This document shows positions 41,450-53,439 of a DNA stretch of 63,869 nucleotides, one piece after another. The stretch covers positions 180,082,903-180,146,771 of the forward strand of contig NC_068981.1 of the NCBI RefSeq assembly GCF_001194135.2. The letters run 5' to 3'. This DNA comes from Octopus bimaculoides. Its lineage: Eukaryota. Numbering within the stretch: position 1 is the first letter of the stretch; each line of letters starts with the position of its first letter. The position numbers and the translations under genes are program-made. The notes beneath the pieces are model-generated. The model saw nothing but the letters and a program-made list of their open reading frames with translations. It searched no databases and had not been told where the DNA came from.

Positions 41450-41546
41450 ATAGATATGCTTAAATACATACATATGTATATACACATGCATAGACATACA
41501 TATATAGACATGTACTTATATGTACGCATGTACGTATGTGCGTATA

Positions 41547-41589
<43 letters not shown>

Positions 41590-42004
41590 TTTTTTAGCAT
41601 AGAGCTAATCATACTTGTACCGTAAATCAGGATTAGACATCCAATTTGGCAAACGTAGCTTGAAAGTTCCGCGTCAATACTTTCAAAGCAATAGATTGTT
41701 TTTCTCAGCATTCTAAAGAAAAGAGCAGCAGCAGCAGCAGTAGCAGCAGTTCCAACGCCATCAACAGCACCATCTGTAGCAACGGTACCAACAACACAAG
41801 AAAGAACAGCAACAAAGAGAACATCAAGAATTGTAAAAACAATATTAGCACCAAGAAGAACAATTGTTTCAAATTGTGAAAATGAAATCGCCAATAACCC
41901 ATATCTGTAGAAAAGAATTTTGCTAGCGGCAGCTCTCGGCTTTTAAGCATATTTTCATCGAATATTCTGCAGTGAACAAGACATGTGTGTATTATAATAT
42001 CATA

Positions 42005-42036
<32 letters not shown>

Positions 42037-42560
42037 CTGTGTCTGTGTGTGTGTGTGTGTGTGTGTGTAATGTATGTATACATATGTACGTCTATACATA
42101 TATGTATATATATATATATATGAATATCCATATATATGTATATTTATGAATATATATANNNNNNNNNNNNNNNNNNNNNNNNNNNNNNNNNNNNNNNNNN
42201 NNNNNNNNNNNNNNNNNNNNNNNNNNNNNNNNNNNNNNNNNNNNNNNNNNNNNNNNNNNNNNNNNNNNNNNNNNNNNNNNNNNNNNNNNNNNNNNNNNNN
42301 NNNNNNNNNNNNNNNNNNNNNNNNNNNNNNNNNNNNNNNNNNNNNNNNNNNNNNNNNNNNNNNNNNNNNNNNNNNNNNNNNNNNNNNNNNNNNNNNNNNN
42401 NNNNNNNNNNNNNNNNNNNNNNNNNNNNNNNNNNNNNNNNNNNNNNNNNNNNNNNNNNNNNNNNNNNNNNNNNNNNNNNNNNNNNNNNNNNNNNNNNNNN
42501 NNNNNNNNNNNNNNNNNNNNNNNNNNNNNNNNNNNNNNNNNNNNNNNNNNNNNNNNNNNN

Positions 42561-42607
<47 letters not shown>

Positions 42608-42815
42608 TTATATATGAATGTATATACATATATATACACATGCATGTATAAGAGCACATTTAAAATGAAAATGTGATGTAACAGAGAGAACGAAAGAAAG
42701 AAATCGAGAGTATGATTCTATTTGTGTGTGTATATATATGTATATGTCTATGTATACATGTGTATGTACATATTTGAGAATGTGTTTGCATGTTTGTGTA
42801 TGAATGCGAGTGTTC

Positions 42816-42865
<50 letters not shown>

Positions 42866-42960
42866 GTGTGTCTGTGTTTGTGTTCGGGTAGCGAAGAAAA
42901 CGAAGGATTGGTAAAGGATGCCATGGTAGGAGAGAGGGAGAGAAGGAGAGAGGGAGGAAA

Positions 42961-43009
<49 letters not shown>

Positions 43010-44064
43010 TGGAGGATGAAATACTCAAAGACAGCGAGAGAGAGTCTATGAATACAAAGAACAATAAAAGAAAACAAGAAGGCAGAAGGCTGGAAAGAGA
43101 AGAAAATAATGGTTAGATATGCATTAGTGATTGCATTCAAGGTATTCAGCTACTTTGTTTTCAAGCGCTTATTTTTGGGATGTGACAGTGGCCTCTCAGA
43201 TAAAATTGTATGCGTTTCAAGAACTTAACATATTTTTCAAATATATTCTTAGAGAAAGGAATACGAACGTAGACATCTGACGTTGTTACTAGCGAAGATA
43301 CCGACAAACGTACACCGTCGTATCTGTATGTCTGTGTGTATGTATGTATGTATGTATGCTTGTATGTATGTATGTATGTATGTATGTATATATGTATATG
43401 TAAATATACCTGCATACACACATACACGCACATATATATATTTACACACATACATATATATATATATACGTGTATATATATATANNNNNNNNNNNNNNNN
43501 NNNNNNNNNNNNNNNNNNNNNNNNNNNNNNNNNNNNNNNNNNNNNNNNNNNNNNNNNNNNNNNNNNNNNNNNNNNNNNNNNNNNNNNNNNNNNNNNNNNN
43601 NNNNNNNNNNNNNNNNNNNNNNNNNNNNNNNNNNNNNNNNNNNNNNNNNNNNNNNNNNNNNNNNNNNNNNNNNNNNNNNNNNNNNNNNNNNNNNNNNNNN
43701 NNNNNNNNNNNNNNNNNNNNNNNNNNNNNNNNNNNNNNNNNNNNNNNNNNNNNNNNNNNNNNNNNNNNNNNNNNNNNNNNNNNNNNNNNNNNNNNNNNNN
43801 NNNNNNNNNNNNNNNNNNNNNNNNNNNNNNNNNNNNNNNNNNNNNNNNNNNNNNNNNNNNNNNNNNNNNNNNNNNNNNNNNNNNNNNNNNNNNNNNNNNN
43901 NNNNNNNNNNNNNNNNNNNNNNNNNNNNNNNNNNNNNNNNNNNNNNNNNNNNNNNNNNNNNNNNNNNNNNNNNNNNNNNNNNNNNNNNNNNNNNNNNNNN
44001 NNNNNNNNNNNNNNNNNNNNNNNNNNNNNNNNNNNTATATATATATATATATATATATTTACAG

Positions 44065-44836
44065 AAAAACAAAAGACGGAGACAGGTGTATAAACAACAA
44101 ACTCTCGGAAAGGTGAGAAAGTCTTTTACGTTTCGAGCCTACGCTCTTCAACAGAAAGGAACACGAGGAAATAAACAGAGAGAATAAAAAGAACTTTTGG
44201 AGTTAGCGGTCAATCATGGTAACTGGCTGGACAAAGGTAGTTACACAGGAGAGCTATGAAGAAGGGGAGATAAAGTATTGGTGATCCCAAAACGAAGGTG
44301 CGTGTGTGTGTGCGAGAGTGTGTATATAAGTGTGCGTGTGGATAGGAGCTGGTGACTTTGATGTGTGTAAGTGTGTGCGCCTGTAATGTGTGAGTTTATG
44401 GATGATGGTGTGGGTGTTGGGAAGTGGTTAGTGCTAGTGTGTGCAGGGTGTGGCTTGATGTAGTGTAGTGGTGTGTGGTGGGGTATGTGTGAGTGGGATG
44501 TGTGCAGGTTGATGAAAGAGGTATAGATGAAGGGAGTAGGTGGGGGAAGTAGGTGTCAGATGAAGAGAGGAGAGGAGGGCAGTCAGATGAAGAGGGAAGG
44601 GACGTTCAGCCCAGGTGGCGCAAAGGAGCAGAGAGACAAGATTAATTCTGTTCACGGTGAAGGCGGGAGTCCGGATGGCCCCTGTGCAAAGACAAACCGA
44701 ACACAGACACGTGTTTTAATGAATGGCGCAAGACCGGGATGCTGTTGCCGAGTCTAATGTCTTGAAGGTGCTCCGCGAGTCGGTCAGCTAAGCGGCGTTT
44801 CATTTGACCGATATACAAAGAAGGACAGGAAGAGCA
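44065..44836 (-). mobile_element. Penelope-like element 3' end (GIY-YIG endonuclease remnant 44583-44836 plus 3' pLTR)
   Basis: CSSCPSLYIGQMKRRLADRLAEHLQDIR...PVLRH...HREQ..LI..L.SFAPPGLN; hammerhead motif downstream. Confidence 0.9.
44123..44158 (-). ncRNA. Minimal type I hammerhead ribozyme motif, core variant
   Basis: CUUU-CUGUUGA-A-GAGC(GUAG)GCUC-GAAAC-GUA-AAAG: stem I, stem II and ACGU palindromic stem III are present; core A6 is replaced by U. Confidence 0.7.
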
Positions 44837-45303
44837 TTATGTATGTATGTATGTATGTATAGAGGACTATGCATATATATNNNNNNNNNNNNNNNNNNNN
44901 NNNNNNNNNNNNNNNNNNNNNNNNNNNNNNNNNNNNNNNNNNNNNNNNNNNNNNNNNNNNNNNNNNNNNNNNNNNNNNNNNNNNNNNNNNNNNNNNNNNN
45001 NNNNNNNNNNNNNNNNNNNNNNNNNNNNNNNNNNNNNNNNNNNNNNNNNNNNNNNNNNNNNNNNNNNNNNNNNNNNNNNNNNNNNNNNNNNNNNNNNNNN
45101 NNNNNNNNNNNNNNNNNNNNNNNNNNNNNNNNNNNNNNNNNNNNNNNNNNNNNNNNNNNNNNNNNNNNNNNNNNNNNNNNNNNNNNNNNNNNNNNNNNNN
45201 NNNNNNNNNNNNNNNNNNNNNNNNNNNNNNNNNTATATACATATATATATATATATATAACAATACAAAGAAAATGGAGAACGCATACACAGAATAATCA
45301 ATA

Positions 45304-45641
45304 TATTATAATATTATAACAGTCAATTCATGTTGCCTATGCATGTTTCGGTTTATTACTTCAATCTATATTTCGGCAATTAAACTGCATTATGAATTTG
45401 AAAAAGCAAAAACCTTAATCATTGCAAAAATTGACTGTTATCAAGGTAAAAATTGGTTGATATTATTTACAGAAAAAAATAATAAGTGGCAATTTTTACC
45501 TTGATAATAGACAATTTTTGCCCTGATGAAGGTTTTTGCTTTTTCACATACATAATGAAATTTAATTGCAGAAATATGTAATGAAGTAATAAATCGAAAC
45601 GCGCGTAGGCAACATGAATTGACTATCATAATATTATAATA
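45304..45641. mobile_element. Fold-back element of two inverted hammerhead-bearing units (inverted Penelope pLTR-like)
   Basis: Arms 45304-45468 and 45477-45641 are about 85% identical (24 differences in 157 aligned nt). Confidence 0.9.
45518..45612 (+). ncRNA. Type I hammerhead ribozyme, intact core, long stem II
   Basis: Stem I UUGCC/GGCAA; core CUGAUGA (45523-45529); stem II 45531-45550 pairs with 45575-45595; GAAAC (45596-45600); self-complementary ACGCGCGU (45599-45606); GUA triplet with predicted cleavage after 45607. Confidence 0.8.
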
Positions 45642-46014
45642 GATATATTGATTATTCTGTGTATGTGTTCTCCATTTTCATTGTATTGTTAAAATTGTTT
45701 CCTATATCCAAAAGCTGGAAACATCTATGGCGACAACGGGAATTTCAAAAGTGTAAATTACTAATATCGAAGAAGAACCGACAATAAACAATAGTACATA
45801 TGCACATATGCAATTTCCAGTATCGTTATTCATATAGGGTCAAACCGTTGTATGCTGGGATAAATATCCCTAGGAAAGAACAACCTCTTCCCACACAGAT
45901 TTACGCACACACACACATACACACAAATACATATATGCATATANNNNNNNNNNTATATATATGATAAATGAGAGAAATAAAAATGCCCATTTATGAATCT
46001 GTATGAGTACAAAT

Positions 46015-46662
46015 CTTGCATATAAATGTGACGTGCACACGGGGGGATGGCTGTATGTTTACATTGGGGAGGCGGCTGATTCGTTTAAGAATCGTTATCG
46101 CAACCATGTCGCCAGCTTCAAGAGTATCAAGAAGTGGCATTCAACATCTTTGACCGATTTTGTATGGTGAATGAAGAAAGATAAAATTAAGTACAGCATA
46201 ACTTGGTCCGAGGAGGCGCGCGGCCTAGTGGTTAGGGTGTCAGAACCATGAACATAAGATTGTGGTTTCGATTTCTGGACCGGGCGACGCGTTGTGTTCT
46301 TGAGCAAAACACTTCATTTTACGTTGCTACAGTCCACTCAGCTGGCAAAAATGAGTAACGCTGCGATGGACTGGCGTCCCGTCCAGCTGAGGAACATGTT
46401 CGCCATTGAAACCGGGAAACCAGGCCCATGAGCCTGGCTAGGCTTTACAAGGGCGCATTTATTTTTATTTATAACATGATCCATAGTAAGGCACGCAAAA
46501 CCATATAATATCATTTCCAGGAGATGCCGACTCTACTCCGGGGAATTTCTGTCAATTCTGTGGACCAATGAGATGGTTAATAGAATTTCTGAAAGACTCT
46601 CAAGACGACTACACGCGTATAAATGTACTTTCGCACAATGCAGAGGGAATGAATTTCAGTAA
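46015..46662 (+). mobile_element. Penelope-like GIY-YIG C-terminal remnant (second subtype) split by a SINE insertion
   Basis: LAYKCDV...YIGEAADSFKNRYRNHVASF...SLTDFVW*MKKDKIKYSITWS, [SINE], IVRHAKPYNIISRRCRL...NRISE; the reading frame resumes exactly after the TSD. Confidence 0.85.
46210..46470 (+). mobile_element. SINE with alternative tRNA head plus Ceph/RTE-like 3' module
   Basis: Diverged TSD ATAACTTGGTCC (46198-46209) / ATAACATGATCC (46471-46482); 3' module shared with 24640-24956. Confidence 0.9.
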
Positions 46663-47099
46663 ATTCTAACATAATTTACTTTAAGGTATGGATGAATTAA
46701 ATTTAGCTTTAGCCACTCCGTTCGTATCAATACCAAGTTTGTGATTGGGGGTGCACCAAACCACACGTATGTGTATGCTTACATTTTCGCATATTCTTGT
46801 ATCAGCAAGGGCATTTGTTCATCCGTACCTGTTAACGGTTATTTTTAATACATTTCTCGCTGTATTGCGTGTTCGTTTAATTTTTTTTTTTTTGCATCTG
46901 TGATTTTATTTTATATATTCTATATAAATGAAGACATTTCCTTAGTTTTGCTGCTTTTCTTTCTACAAAAGGAGAAGATACATTATGGAAGTGTTATTTT
47001 GACAAGTTGTATCTATTTATCACCCGATGAGTCACATCTGTACCGCCGGATGCTCCTGAACCAGTTCTGAAGAGTGCCAATTATGAGGGATCGATGCTA

Positions 47100-47410
47100 A
47101 ATATGTCGAAACAATTATCGAGCAATTACGGCAAGATGTGCCTTCGCGAAAACAGTTGCTGCTGCAAAGCAAAATAAAATTTGGGATTTGCTCAGGATCA
47201 AAGTTGGTAACAAAAACAGGACAATAAAAACAAGCAGTAAGGGCTGCTAAGTCATAACGAGGTGAGTGAGGTGGCGAACGCTGGAGGAACAAGCTTCGAC
47301 AGGAGAAAATATAGGACAGGAGACAGACAAGAATGCGTGTGATCTGTGTGCCAGATCAAAACGAAAGAAAGAAGCCCAAGTTAGGAAAAGAAAGATGGCC
47401 GATGGTCACG
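47100..47410 (+). repeat. Unclassified repeat (possible PLE 3' UTR/pLTR); inverted copy at 58170-58470
   Basis: Shared blocks AAATAAAATTTGGGATTT, AAGGGCTGCTAAG, GGTGGCGAACGC, GGACAGGAGACAGACAAG and AAGAAAGATGGCCGATGG in colinear order. Confidence 0.85.
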
Positions 47411-47665
47411 TGCGAGCAACCAGAGAGTAAAGAGGAAGGGTGAGAAAGAGAGAAGGACAGATAGAGAACGGTGACGGGGAGAGAAAAAGAAGTAGAGAAA
47501 GGATGAAAGAGAAACAAACGAAAGGGAGAGAAGGGGAGATAAAATGAATTTGAGAAAGGAAGAGAAAGGAAACGAAAGGGAGAGAGAGAACAGTACGGAG
47601 TCGCATCAAAATTATTAATATAAACTTACTTGGAAAGTGAATCGTGGCGTTCAATCATATAATAA

Positions 47666-48162
47666 TACTAGCAGAAATATCCAGCGTTGCCTGGATTAAA
47701 GAAAATAATGAAATTCGAAAATGCCTTTTACATCTCTAACATGACACATGGATTACGCAGTTCTCAACAACAGTAATTAGCTGAAGTACAAACTATTAAT
47801 GTCAATAACATATTTTGTCCAATGTTCTCACTGTTAAAATTGTTAAAAAAAAAACAGGTAGTTCTTTGTCTTTGCAATCACCTTCAATTGTCAGTACTTA
47901 TTTGAAACACATTGAACCTGAAAATGCATAAACTTGAGAAGAACCAGCCTGCAGGCACTCCTCTCCTGTTAAAAAGTACATCAACTCCATGCAAAATACA
48001 TTTAAATGAGCATTCATTATAACGGCATTCCCACATGCATTCTTTTCAAGTTATTTCGATGTTACACTCGCTTGCCCTAAGCCTTATTGCACGCAAATGG
48101 AGAAAACGTTCACTGCGTATATATCGATCGCTGTACGCCAGCGTCTAACAGCTTTGGCTTTT
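47666..48162 (+). mobile_element. Non-autonomous Helitron-like element
   Basis: Terminus TACTAGCAGAAATATCCAGCGTTGCCTGG is like recalled Helitron-type ends; truncated by a gap. Confidence 0.4.
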
Positions 48163-49223
48163 TNNNNNNNNNNNNNNNNNNNNNNNNNNNNNNNNNNNNN
48201 NNNNNNNNNNNNNNNNNNNNNNNNNNNNNNNNNNNNNNNNNNNNNNNNNNNNNNNNNNNNNNNNNNNNNNNNNNNNNNNNNNNNNNNNNNNNNNNNNNNN
48301 NNNNNNNNNNNNNNNNNNNNNNNNNNNNNNNNNNNNNNNNNNNNNNNNNNNNNNNNNNNNNNNNNNNNNNNNNNNNNNNNNNNNNNNNNNNNNNNNNNNN
48401 NNNNNNNNNNNNNNNNNNNNNNNNNNNNNNNNNNNNNNNNNNNNNNNNNNNNNNNNNNNNNNNNNNNNNNNNNNNNNNNNNNNNNNNNNNNNNNNNNNNN
48501 NNNNNNNNNNNNNNNNNNNNNNNNNNNNNNNNNNNNNNNNNNNNNNNNNNNNNNNNNNNNNNNNNNNNNNNNNNNNNNNNNNNNNNNNNNNNNNNNNNNN
48601 NNNNNNNNNNNNNNNNNNNNNNNNNNNNNNNNNNNNNNNNNNNNNNNNNNNNNNNNNNNNNNNNNNNNNNNNNNNNNNNNNNNNNNNNNNNNNNNNNNNN
48701 NNNNNNNNNNNNNNNNNNNNNNNNNNNNNNNNNNNNNNNNNNNNNNNNNNNNNNNNNNNNNNNNNNNNNNNNNNNNNNNNNNNNNNNNNNNNNNNNNNNN
48801 NNNNNNNNNNNNNNNNNNNNNNNNNNNNNNNNNNNNNNNNNNNNNNNNNNNNNNNNNNNNNNNNNNNNNNNNNNNNNNNNNNNNNNNNNNNNNNNNNNNN
48901 NNNNNNNNNNNNNNNNNNNNNNNNNNNNNNNNNNNNNNNNNNNNNNNNNNNNNNNNNNNNNNNNNNNNNNNNNNNNNNNNNNNNNNNNNNNNNNNNNNNN
49001 NNNNNNNNNNNNNNNNNNNNNNNNNNNNNNNNNNNNNNNNNNNNNNNNNNNNNNNNNNNNNNNNNNNNNNNNNNNNNNNNNNNNNNNNNNNNNNNNNNNN
49101 NNNNNNNNNNNNNNNNNNNNNNNNNNNNNNNNNNNTATATAATACTGAGATAGTTACGTACGTATGTTTCGTATATATATTCAGTGACATATACACACAT
49201 ACATGCATGTGTGCAAGCATACA

Positions 49224-49257
<34 letters not shown>

Positions 49258-49427
49258 CATACGTACATGATACGCAAGCATAAGTATACAAAACTAGACC
49301 GTCGATTCTACAGTACTGCATGTGCTTATGTGCCAGCGTGTATGTCTGTGTGTATATATGTGTATATATGCATAAATACACACACACACACACACACACA
49401 CATACACACACACATACACACACACAA

Positions 49428-49464
<37 letters not shown>

Positions 49465-49571
49465 GCTCGCACATGTATAACATGCCCACATACATATTCA
49501 CACACACATATAACACACACGCACATATATTTATGCATGAATGTGTGTGTTTGTGCGTATTTGTTTGTGCG

Positions 49572-49655
<84 letters not shown>

Positions 49656-51802
49656 GAGCGTGTGTGTTTCTCTGCATTTAGGTGGGTGTGTGAAAATGGT
49701 ACTTTCAAGACTTTGTTCTTTGATGTAATTTAAATAGCGAGGGAATGTTTACACGTCAATATTTGAAAGCTATATTGTGGTATGGTTGTTAGGGAGATGA
49801 GATTTAACACAATACAGTCTTTATAACACACAAACATACGCACGCGCACGCACACACATGCATGCATTCACACACACACACACATGTAGACACACCCACG
49901 CACACTCATACGCACGTCAAATCGATTACCTGGCTCTCTGATCATATTAGTTTCACGGCATGTAGGTGCGTCTGATTGAAGTTATGTACTCATGTGCATA
50001 TGTATGAAGAAGTGTACGTGTGTATGTATGCACATATGTGTGTATGCATATAAGTATGTGCGCGCATACGTCCGTATTCATGTATGAGTGTGTATGCGCG
50101 TGTATATGCATGTATGTGTGTAAGTATGTGTGTATGTGTGTGTGTATGCAGGTATTTGTGTGTTTGTACAGTTTTGCATTTATGTAGAAACATAACCTAC
50201 CTATTCATGTACGTGTATATATGTATATGTGTGTGTAGATAGTATATGTATGTGTGTGTGTGTGTATATATGTGTGTGTATATATATATATGCATATGTA
50301 CATATATATGTAAGTTCTACATATATACATGTACATACATGAATATTTGTATATATGTATCTTTGTGTGCGTTTGATATATANNNNNNNNNNATATATAT
50401 ATATATACATATATTTGTATATATGTATCTTTGTGTGTGTTTTATATATATATATATATACAAATATTCATGTATGTACATGTATATATGTAAAATTTGC
50501 TTTTATTTTTTCTATAAGAAAATGATATATAACTATATCTCTATGTAAGCATGTGAGTTCGTGCACGATGCTACATATGGAGGTATAATACATGTCGTAA
50601 CATGTACTACCTACGCAGGTGTCTTCGACTGTTACGTGCACATATCGACATGACTGAGTACATGGTTCTGAGAGTATACAGTTATGCATTACGTAGATAG
50701 GTGTCTATTCGCTTGCTCGCGTGCGTGTGTCTTTACGTGTGTGTCTGCATGTGTGCCCGCGTGCACACGAAGAAGTGATTGAGGTGAAAAAAGAAATGCA
50801 GTGAAGGATGAGAGTTTACTGATCTACGATGAGGTATAAGGTTAGAAGGAAAAACGTTCCTTTGAACCTACATGTGATAATGTAGCAAGTCGGAATATGA
50901 AAATATGTTCCACTTGTTTGTGTGACTCCATTTTTTCGCAAGTGCATTACACTTGGTTGATAGAATGGCTAGTAAGTATTGAAGGAGATGCTGACAGGTT
51001 GGCCTGTCTTACGACGTAGTATACTTCGAATGTGCGCCGAAATCTATCCGTTGGACGTCTGCCTGTATTTTTAATATAAACAAAGCTGCAAAATTCGCAT
51101 ATGATTCAATATATAAGGTTGGACGATGCGCAAGAAAAGTTGCGATATTGCGATTTAGCGCTTGCAACGACTGTAGTGATAGTGTAGATATTGCAACGTT
51201 GTCGGGTACAAATAAAAGTCTTGTGGAGTTTGGCACTGCGGAGCTTCTTGGTAGTTGTTTTGCGAGATTCTTAATACTGTTGAAGACAAGAAGAGAGGAT
51301 GTGAGAAAGGTTGGATTAATTGTAAGCCAGAAAGTAGAAATCGGAATTTGCGGATGTGTTTATCTTTCAATGGAAAGACAGACAGTTTGAACGTGAGAGA
51401 GATTGGAATATGGCGAGAGAGATTATGGGAAGGGCTAGAAGGTCCATGAGGTGGTCCAAAGCCCAGATCCAGTGGAGTGCAGAGTTCACAACTGATATGA
51501 TGAAAGGTATCTTCGATTCAGGAAGAATTATCGCATTCTTTCACAATGGGATTCTAAATCTGTGTCAAGAGCCGGTGAAGGCGAAGGAATTGAGGGAATG
51601 ATATGGCAGATTTATGGAAAACTTGTTCAAAAGCCGCCCTATCTGGCTGCTTTTAAGCTAGCTCCAGTAAAGAGCTCTTCATTGGTCCTTCGGCCTAACA
51701 ATGACACTTCATGCATTGAGTACTTATCAAATTTTATTAAACTTAAACAATAATTTTCAAGCAAAGAACAATTTTTAATGATATAATTTATCGACTTGGA
51801 AC

Positions 51803-52930
51803 TTATTGCGAAGCTGCATGATAAACAACATCTTTTGTCTTCCCATCCAGAGTCAGTACAAATAGCTTGTTTCCATTCCTTAACCTTGAACAACCAGCAT
51901 ATAACTGGCCTTGAGAAAAGCAGGGTTCCATGAGATGAAGCCCAGTTACTTTCAATGATTGTACATGAGACTTATTGATATTGCATCGTTCACTCTCACC
52001 GGAAACTGAAGTCTTTTGAATTCAAAAGGAAGATCTGGAAAAATTAAGGGGATTCTTGGAATTAAAACGCTTTCCTCTTTTCCTGGACCAGTAAGGATTT
52101 CTACTTCCAAGGGATGAAGAAGCATTTTCTTGAAAATTAACCTTGTTCCATTACAAAAGTTTGGAGGATCTGGATTTCACAATAGCATAACTGGCACATT
52201 TTCTTTTAGTTCAAGCTAAAGGATTCAATGTGTTCAGGAACTGTCTGCTCTTGTTCAACTACAGTGTCAATGGAGAAGTACTTTATGCTTTCTTTTGGAA
52301 TTTCTTGGAGAAGTTTCCACTTGATGCTATTCACAGTTTGATTTTTGGTAGCTAATATGACCCTCTCATAAATCCAGTTTGAATCCATGAAATGGTGTTT
52401 AATGTTTGGATAAACATGGTTTATCAAGTCTTGTGTACTTGAGAGTGAAACTCCACAACTATGTGGGAGTGAAATATCTCCATTTTGATCCATTTTAATG
52501 GCTCCATTGCCAAGCTGCAGCAACAAAGCAGCAAATCTTTCTGATTCAAGGTTAGCTGTGATTCTAACTATCATGTTTGTTTTCAGTCTGAGTCCTTGAA
52601 CATGGTTCCAGAGGTAAAACTTTTTCAGGCAAGCAATGATTTCATCAGCTGAAGTTCCTCTTGCAATGACTTGTAATGTTTGTCTAAAATCATCAACGTA
52701 CAGTGATACCTCTGAGGATTGAATTCCAATCTTTGATGAGTAAGTCACATTTGATGAAGAATATCCTCTGCTCTCTTGGATGCAACTTGCTCAGAAGTTT
52801 GAGAGTCCCTAAGTCTTTGCATATTCTCTGCATTAGAAGATCTCTTGGCTGCCGTTCGATCGGGGTTTTTATTTTCACGGAACTTTCTTTTCCGCTCTGC
52901 AGCCTTGGCTCTTGATTGCAATCTCATCCT
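51803..52930 (-). mobile_element. Internally deleted Helitron (N-terminal charged repeat region joined to helicase C-half)
   Basis: RAKAAERKRKFRE..., then DDFRQTL..IARGTSADEIIACLK..LW, FAALLLQLGNG, ERVILATKN, CNGTRL, LIPRIP...FKRLQFPVR, MEPCFSQGQLYAGCSR...KTKDVVY, stop 51803-51805. Confidence 0.92.
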
Positions 52931-53439
52931 CTGTTGGCGGAGATTTATTTTTGTGAAACATACTGCTGTTGTATGCGATATGCAACAATAAATTTACCTT
53001 TTAAAAGTTCAACGATAATTCTTTTGCCGCCACTTAATTTAAAGACAATTTGATGTACGTAGAGCCATACTTTTTGTACAAACAATTAGTAGCTGGTACC
53101 TATCTAAACTCCTGTTCGTAGTTTGAAGAAAAATTACATCACTGTCGCTAAACAATATTTTAAAATGCGCTTTTTATTGTTTGGAATTGCTCAAAACATA
53201 TTTGACCATAAAGAGGTTTTAAATTTAGTATTTTTTAGTATTTCTAAGGTAATAATAAAATTAGTCGAATCTATTTTCACGCAGCCGGAGTGCGCTAAGT
53301 TTCCACAGCTCCGACGGCCGACGGCATGAAAATAGTTCCGACAAATTTTATTAATATCTACAAAAACACTAAGTTTCCAACATTTTTAAGGTATAGAGTT
53401 ATGAGAAGTAATATTATATGAGTTCAATATGTATTTCAG

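Noticed and set aside
41460-41950. Hydrophobic 144-aa minus-strand ORF, or plus-strand A/T/P-rich possible terminal exon
   Set aside because: It is built on a degenerate (CAG/CAA)n tract and runs into (GATA)n; no recognisable domain.
47190-47266. Strong donor GAG|GTGAGT
   Set aside because: All three upstream frames contain stops and the site is inside a dispersed repeat.
50343-50440. Direct duplication flanking a 10-N gap (also 59631/59705 beside a gap)
   Set aside because: Most likely unmerged contig overlap or SSR-related assembly artefact.
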